In this document: positions 35,863 to 46,874 of the stretch, piece by piece
How positions within the stretch are numbered: the stretch's first letter is position 1
How the letters are laid out: every line of letters starts with the position of its first letter
DNA from: Octopus bimaculoides
Lineage: Eukaryota
Assembly: GCF_001194135.2 (NCBI RefSeq)
Contig: NC_069010.1
Coordinates: 9,656,285-9,703,158, forward strand
Direction: 5' to 3'
Length of the DNA stretch: 46,874 nt
The notes under the pieces: generated by a model
The model's database searches: none
What the model was told of the DNA's origin: nothing
What the model saw: the letters and a program-made list of their open reading frames with translations, nothing else
Position numbers and translations under genes: made by a program

Positions 35863-36243
35863 ATTATTATTATTATTATTATTATTATTATTTGGCCATG
35901 TTTCCCTTTTTTCATCCGAGGGAGAAGTGACTTTACCAGGCAGCTTAAAACCCATGCATTAAAAGGGGGTAGAAAAAAAGGGGGGACGGAAGGGAAATGG
36001 AAGCAGCAGTAGCAGCAGCAGAAGTAGTAGTAGCAGCAGTGGTAATAATAGTAGTAGTTGTAGTAGTAGTAGTAGTAGTAGTAGTTGCAGTAGTAGCAGC
36101 AGCCATGTTAGTAAAATCGGATGGAAGAGGTTGATGCAGTAAGAAGAGGAGGATGATGCAGGAGATGTTTCTCAATGAATGGATCATTCCAGAAGTGACA
36201 AAGCAAAAGAAAGAGAGAGAGAGAGAGAGAATAATGAAAGTAC

Positions 36244-36581
36244 CTTGCCGTCTTTCTTCACACCTGGCGCACCTGGGCTTCTCTCGCCTGGCTCATCATC
36301 CTCTTCCTCGTCTTCCATCATCTTCATCATCTTCATCCTCCTCAGTATCATCTTTTCCTCGTTCCAGTCGACGTCATTGTCATCGTCGTCGTCGTCGTCG
36401 TCAAACGTAAACAACGAGTTCTGTCCACCGTGTCTCGAGAAAGAAGTAGCAGTAGCAGCAGCAGCAGCAGTAGTAGCAGTAGTAGTTACAGAAGTAGTAG
36501 GAAAAGTAGTAGTGGGAGGGGGAGGAGGAGTGGTGGTGGTGGTGGTGGTGGTGGTAGTAGTTCTAGTGGCTGTGGTGATGG
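36244..36581 (-). CDS. Probable transporter loop exon, 5' end unresolved: ...SRHGGQNSLFTFDDDDDDDDNDVDWNEEKMILRRMKMMKMMEDEEEDDEPGERSPGAPGVKKDGK
   Basis: Ends AAG|gtactt in phase 0, matching the next exon; frame open back to the gap at 36582. The acceptor could instead be ggacag| at 36421-22. Confidence 0.55.
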
Positions 36582-37128
36582 NNNNNNNNNNNNNNNNNNN
36601 NNNNNNNNNNNNNNNNNNNNNNNNNNNNNNNNNNNNNNNNNNNNNNNNNNNNNNNNNNNNNNNNNNNNNNNNNNNNNNNNNNNNNNNNNNNNNNNNNNNN
36701 NNNNNNNNNNNNNNNNNNNNNNNNNNNNNNNNNNNNNNNNNNNNNNNNNNNNNNNNNNNNNNNNNNNNNNNNNNNNNNNNNNNNNNNNNNNNNNNNNNNN
36801 NNNNNNNNNNNNNNNNNNNNNNNNNNNNNNNNNNNNNNNNNNNNNNNNNNNNNNNNNNNNNNNNNNNNNNNNNNNNNNNNNNNNNNNNNNNNNNNNNNNN
36901 NNNNNNNNNNNNNNNNNNNNNNNNNNNNNNNNNNNNNNNNNNNNNNNNNNNNNNNNNNNNNNNNNNNNNNNNNNNNNNNNNNNNNNNNNNNNNNNNNNNN
37001 NNNNNNNNNNNNNNNNNNNNNNNNNNNNNNNNNNNNNNNNNNNNNNNNNNNNNNNNNNNNNNNNNNNNNNNNNNNNNNNNNNNNNNNNNNNNNNNNNNNN
37101 NNNNNNNNNNNNNNNNNNNNNNNNNNNN

Positions 37129-37555
37129 GAAATCAAATTCGATGACAGCACCGCATGACTGGCATTCGTGCTAGTGGAGCGCTAAGAGCACCATCTGAGC
37201 GTGATCATTGCCAGGGCCGCTGATTGGATCCCCATGCCGGTGGCACGTAAAAAGCACCATTCGAGCGTGATCGTTACCAGCATCGCCTTACTGGCACTTG
37301 TGCCGGTAGTACGTGGAAAACAACATTCGAGCGAGGGCGTTGCCAGTACCACCTGACAGGCCCTCGTGTTGGTGGTATGTAAAAGTACCCACTACACTCT
37401 CGGAGTGGTTGGCATTAGGAAGGGCATCCAGCTGTAGAAACTCTGCCAGACCAGATTGGAGCCTGGTGTTGCCATCCGGTTTCACCAGTCCTCAGTCAAA
37501 CCATCCAACCCATGCCAGCATGGAAAGCGGAAGTTAAACGATGATGATGATGATG
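37129..37555 (+). mobile_element. RTE-tail-like SINE, long copy
   Basis: Ends GGAAAGCGGAAGTTAAACGATGATGATG. Confidence 0.85.
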
Positions 37556-37591
37556 AAGATATATATATACACACACACACACATACAGAGA

Positions 37592-37750
37592 CGATGGGCT
37601 TCTTTCAGTTTCTGTCTACCAAGTCCACTCACAAGGCTTTGGTCAGCTCGAGGCCATAGTAGAAGACACTTGCCCAAGGAGCCACGCGGTGGGACTGAAC
37701 CCAGAACCACATGGTTGAAAAGTGAGCTTCTTAACCACACAGCCACATGG
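37592..37750 (-). mobile_element. tRNA-headed SINE, 5' module
   Basis: Reverse complement of 10199-10353. Confidence 0.8.
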
Positions 37751-38077
37751 AAGAAGATAAAAAAATAATAAAATAAAGATACTCGGGGACATACTTTGCA
37801 GGAAAACCAAACAGTAAAGTCAATGCAAAATTTTAATTGATTTAATTGAAATTCCATAGCGGCGCATCATGCCTCTCCTTATAGGTCCATGCGATGAGTG
37901 TTGATTGTGGAGGACAGGGGTGGGGTGGAAAGTATTAAACAATAACAACAACAACAACAACAACAATATTTATAAAGAATGGGTGGTGGGATGAGGGGGT
38001 AAAAAAAAAGAAGGAGCACATGTATTCCCTGACCCTTTCCCAACACCCCACAAAATATAAAGACACCATCTTCTTAC

Positions 38078-38127
38078 CTTATGATTCCAACCACTGTCAT
38101 TATAATGGACCCTTCAATCACACCAGC
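38078..38127 (-). CDS. Transporter exon AGVIEGSIIMTVVGII(S) (TM2)
   Basis: ctctccag|GCTGGT...ATAAG|gtaaga; 50 nt, phase 0 to 2. Confidence 0.85.
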
Positions 38128-38550
38128 CTGGAGAGTTAATGAGAAGAGCAGATCATGTCGTTAGGAAAATATATAATGATTCACAAATAGAGTAATTAAG
38201 ATAAGAAGCTTGTTAGATATTTTAATGACTGGACAGAGGAGTACACTAACCGATTAAAATAATAAGTTCATTATTACTTTAATTAGCAATTTCAATTGGT
38301 TCGTTAAATACCTTATCAATGAGATGGAGTAAACTTTCCAATTAAAGTAATAAGTTCATTAATTACTTTAATAATTAATTTTAAATATAACAAAGAATTT
38401 AGTAAAATAACTTCGTTATCATTAAGCCAATGTTAGGAACTTAAATTGTGGTTAAGGTTTGGGGGAAGATTTTAATTCAGAACTTATGAAAACAAGTCAT
38501 TTGTACTACAGAGCCAGAGGTGGTTTCAGCTGGGTTGGTATCAAAAGGGT

Positions 38551-38610
<60 letters not shown>

Positions 38611-38612
38611 CA

Positions 38613-38838
38613 CAAGGGGGTGCTGAAAAGTTCTTAGCTATGGGTAAAATAAAATAAACGAGGATCTGTTAATTATGATCTTATTAAACATGTCCCCCCT
38701 CTCAGGTTCACACACTTATTGCAGGGGTCCTTCAGCTTTTTCAAAGCCCTGTAAAAGAACTCAGAAGGTTGGGCCTCTCCAACCAGGCCTTTCATGTTAC
38801 CCTTACAGCCAGGAACTTTTCAGGTGCCCCCCCCCTTG
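38613..38838 (-). mobile_element. Mariner-derived MITE
   Basis: TIRs CAAGGGGGTGCTGAAAAGTTC / GAACTTTTCAGGTGCCCC..CCTTG; interior FFYRALKKLKDPCNKCVNLRGGHV* resembles a mariner C-terminus. Confidence 0.8.
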
Positions 38839-40470
38839 TATATATGTGTATGTGTGTGTGTATATCATTATCTATAAATTAGGGTAAATCCCAGCTGTTT
38901 CCCCTACAAGATCATCTGCTTATTCCATTATAACAATCAATATTTCGCTACAGTAGCTGCTGCATGTTGATTGAAAACTCTGTAAATAGTTTTCCTTACA
39001 TGTTCATCCGACATGTAAATCTTTGTAACTCCTATTGGTAAATGAAACATGTGTAATGGAGAATAAAACATACCAGAAAGTGTTCACTTTCCAGTTTTGT
39101 TATGTTATGTATATGTGTAAGGGGGGGGGGGCTCTGAGTCTGTGTTTGTCTCCCCCCATCATCATATGACAACTGGTGTTGGTGTGTTTACATCCATAAC
39201 TTAGTGGTTTGGCGAAAACGACTGATAAAATAAGTATTAGGCTCAATTTATTTGACTAAAAGTTGAAGGAGGTGCCCCAGCATGGCCACAGCGAGTAGAG
39301 GGCGGCAAAATATAACTTAACAATCAGAGTAGTAATTAAAGTCACAAATTCATTAAATTCATCAAAGAGGGTAGAGTTATCAATTAAAAGAAGCTCGTTA
39401 AATACCTTAATGAACAGAGCAGAATTGGTAATTAAATTAATCAACTCATTAAATGGTAAACGATAGCAGAGATTTGTATCTCAATTAGTTAAATTTTGTT
39501 TTAACTGTTTGTAGATGGGTGTGGATATACCAGCCACACACCCACACACCCATGCATACATGAAAACACCCACACACACATCCCAAACACATATATACAT
39601 ATATCCACACACACACACACACTTTTTTACTGGTAATCCATTGGTTACGGCAACAAGAGTTGCTGTTGCTCCAATCAACAAAACAGCTTGCTAGTGAAAT
39701 TAACGTGCAAGTGGCTGAGTACTCCACAGACACGTGTACCCTTAATGTAGTTCCCGGGAAGATTCAGCTTGACACAAAATGTGAGAAGGCTGCGTGACCT
39801 GTAATGAAAAGGTTAAATACTAACGAATTAACTCTTCACCATTGAGGTTAATCTCTCAAACCTAATCTTCATTTATTCACATCGCTTTCATTTAATCTTT
39901 CATTATCTCATAACTTTGAGATCTCAATGATGTGACTATTTATCGTTAGAATGACATTGTTGGATAGGTATGAGAAGCCAGATCTGGTGAGCTTGGAAAG
40001 AAAACGGAGAATATTTGAGCCGACTCAAATGTAATGCTTATTTATTCACACTGTTTTCTCATAGCTTTGAGATTTCAATGACGGAATTATCTACTTTTAG
40101 AATCGTATTGTGTGAAAGGCTGGATCTGGCCAGTTTGGGACATAAAAATATCTGTGAGAGGCTGGACGTGACCGATTTAAATGCTTAAGGGGTCGATATG
40201 CTTTGTATTTCAATTCAAATGTTCAAACACAATTCTACACGAAAACACCAATTTAACAACAGAGAAATTTCTCAGGTCAGTCTTTCACTTGCTTAAGTCA
40301 TCGGGCTGCAGCCATGCTGGAGCACTGGATAAAAGATTCACTGATGGTGCCCCAGTGTGGTCACAGCCTTAGGTCTGATACATATAAAAGAATAATAATA
40401 TGGAAATCGATAAGTGTGTAACATTTTGGCCAAAGCTATGGACAGTGAACATGTAATTATTTGGAACAGA

Positions 40471-40527
<57 letters not shown>

Positions 40528-41737
40528 TATTTATATATACACACACACACAATATGCCTGTATGTATGTATGTAAGTATATAGGTATGTGTAAATGTTTG
40601 TATAGTGTGTATGTATATATAGTGAGTATACATAATAAATAACTGGCATGAATATTAAAAGCCTACAGCTGCTGGCTCTCGAGACATCAATCAAATCCCG
40701 TCCAACCCATGCTAGCATGGGAAAAAAGACATGATGATGATGATGATGATGATGAGGTGTAACACACAAATGAAACTAATGATTTTTTGTTTTGTGTATT
40801 TAAACCTTTGAGTATGTGTATACATATACATTCACACATATATACACACAGATGTGCGCGCGCGTGTGTGTGTGTGTGTGTACTTATACATACATGCATA
40901 CAGATGGTCACATACACACAGATATACACATACACCTGATTATATAGACACCCACACACGTATACACATACATACATACTCCTCCATACACACACACAGC
41001 TTTATATTCACATATAAATACCTATATAAATACACACATTGTATTTTATTAATTCCATTAGTTCCTGAGCAACAACATCTTCCGACAGCTGTGACTGGTG
41101 TCAAATAAGACTGTTACATAATACAAGCACATGGGTAGCAAGCCTGCCTCCCAACCACAAGGTTCTGGGTTCATTTACACAGCATGGCACCTTGGCCAAA
41201 TGTTTTCTACTATAACTTTCGGTCAGCCAAAACCTTATGGATGGATTTGATTCTCATACCCTTTCTTATTTTATGGGGATCATTGATGTCCATGATGTTC
41301 CATAACATTTCCTATGGCCATTCTAAACAATTCCAACTGCTTCAAATCCTAATTCATGTGATGGCAAAGCACGTAGGGGAATCTGTTTGGAACTACCCCC
41401 TAAACAGTCTTTGCCCTTTGATTGTATTTTCAAACCCCCCAGTAGCATTTTAGGACAAATTTCCTTTGAAGTTTAGCCTGGATCACTTAATTCTTTTTAA
41501 TGGCTTAAATCTGAAAAGAAAGAAAAACTGAGTCATCAGCTGTTAAAGTGGGTATCAATTTTTAAGACACCTTTTGTGTGTGTGTGTGTGATGAGCTTCT
41601 TTCAGTTTCCGTCTACCAAATAACTCACAAAGCTTTNNNNNNNNNNNNNNNNNNNNNNNNNNNNNNNNNNNNNNNNNNNNNNNNNNNNNNNNNNNNNNNN
41701 NNNNNNNNNNNNNNNNNNNNNNNNNNNNNNNNNNNNA

Positions 41738-42476
41738 CCTCGAGAACCCAGTTTCCACAAAAACTGTTTGCCAGGAGCTGCACAAAACCAGATTTCATGG
41801 GACAGCTGAAATCAGAAAACCACTACTTTCAAAAACAAACGTTGCAAAGCATTTAGAGTGGAGTAAAAACCTACAGAATTGGTCCCTAGAGCAGTGGAAG
41901 AAAGTTATACAGGCCAAGTATATGTGTGGAGACACCCAAAAGAAGAATTTGACCCAGACTACCTTCTTCTAACTGTTAAACATGGAGGGGGATCTGTGAT
42001 GATCAGGGGCGGGTTTGTATCTTGGAAATCCACCTGCCCAATGGTTTCCCTTCATGGCAGAATTAATAGTCAAGACTACTTAAGCATTTTATCTGATCAG
42101 ATTCATTCTATGGTCGCAGAACTGTTTCCGGAGGGAAACACAGTCTTTCAGGATGATAATGCGCCAATTGACAAAGCTAATGGCACAAATGCCATTACTG
42201 AATGGCACGAGGAACATTCGAGTGAAGTTGAACATTTATGGTGGATTTTGGAAAAACAAGAAAGGAGTCGATATCCTCCACCATCATCTCGACAAGAACT
42301 GGAGACTGTTTTAGCTGAAGAATGGACAAAAATTCCTTTGGAAACAATTCAAGCTTTGTACGAGTCCATACCTCATAGAATTCAAGCTGTAATTATTGCC
42401 AAAGGTGGTCCTACCCCATATTAAAATATATTTGCTTGAAATTTTAAGGTGCTTCCATTATTTTGTCCAACCCCTG
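41738..42476 (+). mobile_element. Decayed Tc1-family transposon (HTH + DDE), 5' end in gap
   Basis: VSTKTVCQELHK..RKPLLSK..WSLEQWKKV; VKHGGGSVMI; FQDDNAP; IPHRIQAVIIAKGGPTPY*; 3' TIR ttttgtccaacccctg|TA; SPDLNPIE motif deleted. Confidence 0.92.
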
Positions 42477-42743
42477 TATATATATGTACATATNNNNNNN
42501 NNNNNNNNNNNNNNNNNNNNNNNNNNNNNNNNNNNNNNNNNNNNNNNNNNNNNNNNNNNNNNNNNNNNNNNNNNNNNNNNNNNNNNNNNNNNNNNNNNNN
42601 NNNNNNNNNNNNNNNNNNNNNNNNNNNNNNNNNNNNNNNNNNNNNNNNNNNNNNNNNNNNNNNNNNNNNNNNNNNNNNNNNNNNNNNNNNNNNNNNNNNN
42701 NNNNNNNNNNNNNNNNNNNNNNNNNNNNNNNNNNNNNNNNNNN

Positions 42744-42960
42744 TGTGTCTTTGTGTCTATGTGCCCCTACTCTGCTTGAAAACCGGTGCTGGCGTGTTTA
42801 CGTCCCTGTAACTTGGCAGTTCGGCAAAAGAGAACGATAGAATAAGTACCAGACTTTAAAAATGTAAGTACTGGGGTCAATTCATTCGACTAAAAATTCT
42901 TCAAGGCGGTGCCCCAGCATGGCCGCAGTCTAATGATTGAAACAAGCAAACGATAAAAGA
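42744..42960 (+). mobile_element. SINE 3' module
   Basis: Aligns with 8187-8405. Confidence 0.8.
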
Positions 42961-43220
42961 TATATATCTTTTATCTTTATATACAATGGGCTTCGACACA
43001 GTTTCCGCCTGCCTGATCCACTCATAAGGCATTGGTTGGCTTGGGGGGGGGGGGCTAGAGGAGAAGACACTTGCTCGAGGTGCCACACCCTTACAACTTA
43101 AAAAAATTAGACATTGGATAATGTAACCCCGCGGCGGTAAGAACACGCATACCACCCGTTTTCGACATAACCCTGATCCAAGACCCTAACCCCTAAACCC
43201 CGAGTGCGCGTGTTCTTTAC

Positions 43221-43229
43221 CTTCGCCAT
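43221..43229 (-). CDS. Candidate start exon of transporter (MAK); whole exon 43221-43248
   Basis: Polypyrimidine tract + CAG acceptor at 43249-50, then ATG GCG AAG|gtaaag; CpG-enriched surroundings. The linking exon was not found. Confidence 0.35.
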
Positions 43230-44380
43230 GTAATCCTAGAAACACAGTCTGAAAAGCTAAAAAAAGGAAAAAAGGCGGAATGATCATAGATTTAAATGTG
43301 ATGAATCACAGAGTTGTAGCCTTATTCCGGGACTCTAACCCAGGGCTAAAAACGACACCCCCACGTTGATCCAGACATACACGATATATACACACAAATC
43401 CCGACACGAAAACATTGTCAGAATCTTTCATAAATTATAAAAAGGCAGGATGGTTACGGCTGGAAGATCTGATTATAGGTGCTCGTTGTAGCCTTGACCT
43501 AGGGCTAAAAACAAACAAACTCGCCACATAGATACAGACACACGCGTACAAAAACCTGACACGAAACATTCACAAGAGATTTGCTGTACATAACCACCAC
43601 CACCACCAATAAGAAGGCCCTTGTGTGTGTGTGTGTGTCTCACAGCGTGGTCTTTCGATCTGCTACCCCTGAAATTGACATCCTTGTACATTAATAATAA
43701 ACATAATTAAAGTCTAATTTAGGGCCCTACCCTGATGTATTTCTACGTTGATTAAACGAGGATAGCCATAGTTATAAACATTTGATTAAAGTCAATTGTG
43801 ACTAAATAACAACAAACGAACTCTTTTAATTAAAAAATAGAGGGGATCAAGATCCTAACTGACCCCTTTAAGGACAAAGGTGCTTTAAAAAGTTTTAAAA
43901 AATAGGCGATCTTACAGAGTCCCTTCTTGGTGTATAGTTTGTGTAAATTAAATGAGACAACTAAGTTTAAGTAAACTTGATTCCCGTGTCTAATTAACAA
44001 AAGGATATCTTTTAATTAAAAAAAAAGACAAGATCGAAGTTCCTTAATGACCCCTTTAAGGAGTACGAGGACTGTTCGACAAATAATGGAGTTCTTCAAA
44101 ACAAAAACAAACAGCAATCGGGATGAGATCGTTCATATGAAGTTCTTCCTGATATAATTTCCTGAAGACATGAACGGTCGAGATTAGCCATAGAACACGA
44201 TGACAAAAACACAGAGGAGTTTTAAATAATTAAAACGAAGGAATAACATAAAATCAGAGGGTTTCAAGTTTCCCAAAGAAAACTTTTAAGGAGCTTTTCT
44301 AGTAAGGGCTAGAAAAAAAAAAAGAGATTCGGTGAATCAAAGTTAATTACAAGACAAAAATATAAGCATAATTACAGATT

Positions 44381-44600
44381 AGTGCCCCGCAAAAGTTTGT
44401 TCCCTCATAGCTAACTGGAAAATGCAAGTTTTTAAATGAAATTCTGCAAAGATATGTTTTTGAGGGTGTAGATTACGAAAATATGGTAACATTATAGAAA
44501 GAAGTTTCAAGATCGTTTTTTTCCCACCTCCCGCCTTTGTTTTACTCGTAACTTTCTTTAAAATACATATTTTTCAATGACATTTTACAGATGTACGTTT
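44381..44600 (+). mobile_element. Possible Tc1/mariner MITE left end
   Basis: TAGTGCCCCGCAAAAGTTTG resembles Tc1-type TIR starts; partner not seen (gap follows). Confidence 0.3.
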
Positions 44601-45289
44601 TCATGAGTGTACATTACATAATGNNNNNNNNNNNNNNNNNNNNNNNNNNNNNNNNNNNNNNNNNNNNNNNNNNNNNNNNNNNNNNNNNNNNNNNNNNNNN
44701 NNNNNNNNNNNNNNNNNNNNNNNNNNNNNNNNNNNNNNNNNNNNNNNNNNNNNNNNNNNNNNNNNNNNNNNNNNNNNNNNNNNNNNNNNNNNNNNNNNNN
44801 NNNNNNNNNNNNNNNNNNNNNNNNNNNNNNNNNNNNNNNNNNNNNNNNNNNNNNNNNNNNNNNNNNNNNNNNNNNNNNNNNNNNNNNNNNNNNNNNNNNN
44901 NNNNNNNNNNNNNNNNNNNNNNNNNNNNNNNNNNNNNNNNNNNNNNNNNNNNNNNNNNNNNNNNNNNNNNNNNNNNNNNNNNNNNNNNNNNNNNNNNNNN
45001 NNNNNNNNNNNNNNNNNNNNNNNNNNNNNNNNNNNNNNNNNNNNNNNNNNNNNNNNNNNNNNNNNNNNNNNNNNNNNNNNNNNNNNNNNNNNNNNNNNNN
45101 NNNNNNNNNNNNNNNNNNNNNNNNNNNNNNNNNNNNNNNNNNNNNNNNNNNNNNNNNNNNNNNNNNNNNNNNNNNNNNNNNNNNNNNNNNNNCCGTCCGT
45201 CTTGTCCCACCGACCGACCGACCGTCTTGCCTTTCGAAAGTTTTTACTTTTTTTATTATCTTTTGTATGTTTTTGCTCTACTTTTTTGT

Positions 45290-45361
45290 TGATTCTTTTT
45301 CAATAGTTTTTCTTTCTTCTTTTCTATAAAGTTTTTTTCTTTTCTAAAACTTCTCTCATAC

Positions 45362-45401
<40 letters not shown>

Positions 45402-46874
45402 ACACATACTTTCCGTGTTTCTCTTTCTCTTTCAACCTCTTTGTTTCTCTATTACTCACTCTTTCACACACCCACTCTTTCTCCTATCCAACTCTTACTC
45501 TGTTTTTTATTCACCCTCTCTAGTTCTTTCTCTCTCTCGCATTTCCCTCCCCTTCCTCATATCCATTCTCTCGTCCCCCCTATCTCGCTTTTTATCTCAT
45601 ATCAACCACCTTCTCTCTTCCCGCACCCTTCAGACATTCACTCTCTCTCTCTCTCTCATCTACACACTTTCATGTATCTCTCTCTTTCGAGCTCTTACTC
45701 TATTTCTCTTTCACTCTCTCCCATTCTTTCTGTCTATCTCTCACATTTACCCCTCCCTCATATTCTTCCCCTTTCGATTTTTACCTCACATCAACCACCG
45801 CCTCTCTTATCGCGTCCCTGAATGCCTTTCACCCTCTTCCATCTCCCTCTCTTTATCCGTTCTATCACTCCCTCTCTTTCATTTTCCCCCTCTCTCACTC
45901 ACATCAACTACTTCTCCGCCACATTCATTTGCCTTTCTCTTTCTGTCACTCTTTCTTCCCCTCATGCTCTCTTTACTCTCATGCCTCTTACTCCAATGCA
46001 TATCTATAACTCTTTCTTTTCCCCTCCCTCTCTTAATACCTCTTAATACTCCCAAATACTACTAAATAACTATACATTCCTCTCTCTCTCTTTCTGTCTC
46101 TTTCTATCAACCTGTCAATGAAGCTTCTTTCACATAGCTTTCAGTCTTTCAATTTTCCCTTTCGCTCTCTATCTTTCTACCTACGCCCTCTCTCTCTCTC
46201 TCTCTCTCTCTCTCATTCACTCTCTATCGGTCTGTCTCTATCTATCTGTCCCTCCCTCTATCGATCTGTCTCTCCCTCTATCGATCTGTCTCTATCTATT
46301 TGTCTGTCTCTATCTGTCCCTCCCTCTATCTATCTGTGTGCGTGAGTGTCTCTGAAAAGTATTTACTAATCTGTTTCTTATAAAACATGAGGTTTATATT
46401 ACACGACATGGACTGACTCGGGTATTTTCAATCTCTCTGTTGTTCTTTCATATTACTTTTCCCTCCCCTTCTCTCCGCCTTTCTCCTCTTCCCTTTCCTC
46501 TCTCTCTCCTTCTGCGCAAACTTGAAAACGTGGAAGTTTTTACATGGGTATTGAGAGAGAGAAGGGGAGGAAGACACTCATAATGCAGAGTGGGAGAAGG
46601 AGGAGGAGGAACTATGAGAGACAGATAGAAACAAAGATAAGAGCGGGTACGAGAGAGACGGAGAGAGAGAGAGAGAGAAAGAAAGAAACAGAAATGAGGG
46701 GAGGGGGGGGAAAGACATTCATAAATCGTAGCAGGAGGAGAGAAGAAAAAGCGAAGAAGTAGGAGGGGAAGAGAAAGTATGAGAGATAGATAGAAAGAAA
46801 GATAAGAGAGAGAGGGAGAGAGAGAGAGAGAGAGCTAAAAGCAAAGTATGGAAGACAAAAAGGAAAAAATCGCA
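45290..46874. repeat. CT-rich then GA-rich low-complexity region
   Basis: Pyrimidine-rich plus strand to about 46.5 kb, then purine-rich; its ORFs are compositional artefacts. Confidence 0.85.

Larger units (their letters stand above)
11831..43229 (-). other. Multi-exon gene locus: AAAP/Aa_trans family amino-acid transporter (SLC36/AVT3/ANT1-like), about 11 TM segments
   Basis: Hand-spliced exons with GT-AG boundaries and matching phases give family motifs: AGVIEGSII, LTYGDLG, SQIGFCCAYLIFI, FPFFLAISIYCYEGAGMVLSLE, LYIAFGVCGYLSFG, IITLNLP, FFTYPVMMFP, IPDFANLMALIGATCCTLLAFILPGLFH. The 5' limit is tentative. Confidence 0.92.

Noticed and set aside
41259-41510. Minus-strand segment with a good acceptor and MLWNIMDINDPHKIRK(G)|gtatga as an alternative start exon
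   Set aside because: No family similarity and no matching downstream exon found; cannot be preferred over the 43221 candidate.
43180-43200. ACCCTAACCCCTAAACCC telomere-like motif
   Set aside because: Fewer than three imperfect units; not distinguishable from chance.

Overview
Eukaryotic, AT-rich, microsatellite-dense genomic DNA with many N gaps. The repeat landscape (tRNA-headed and CORE-type SINEs, (GAT)n-tailed RTE-like repeats, TA/CA microsatellites) looks like an octopus genome; this is inference. Almost all ORFs in the supplied track are microsatellite or gap artefacts. The one real protein gene is a minus-strand, multi-exon amino-acid transporter of the AAAP/Aa_trans family (SLC36/SLC32/SLC38, yeast AVT3 and plant ANT1 related). 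I rebuilt it by hand as 16 phase-compatible GT-AG exons from 38127 to the TAG at 11831-11833, plus a tentative start exon at about 43.2 kb; two 5' pieces are missing and probably lie in gaps. There is an intact tRNA-Glu(TTC) at 2093-2164 (-). Introns hold decayed RTE, R4/Dong-like, mariner, Tc1 and Helitron-like elements. The most notable signal is a set of sequence-unrelated non-coding elements, each next to a (TA)n tract, carrying type I hammerhead-ribozyme cores (CUGANGA...GAAA with palindromic helix III) of the Penelope-like/retrozyme kind. One is canonical (4626-4677), one has a very large stem II, one is an A6U variant whose sister copy begins at the predicted cleavage site, and one is a degenerate tandem with a pseudoknot. 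All intronic ones are antisense to the host gene. Repeat boundaries were read by eye and are approximate.
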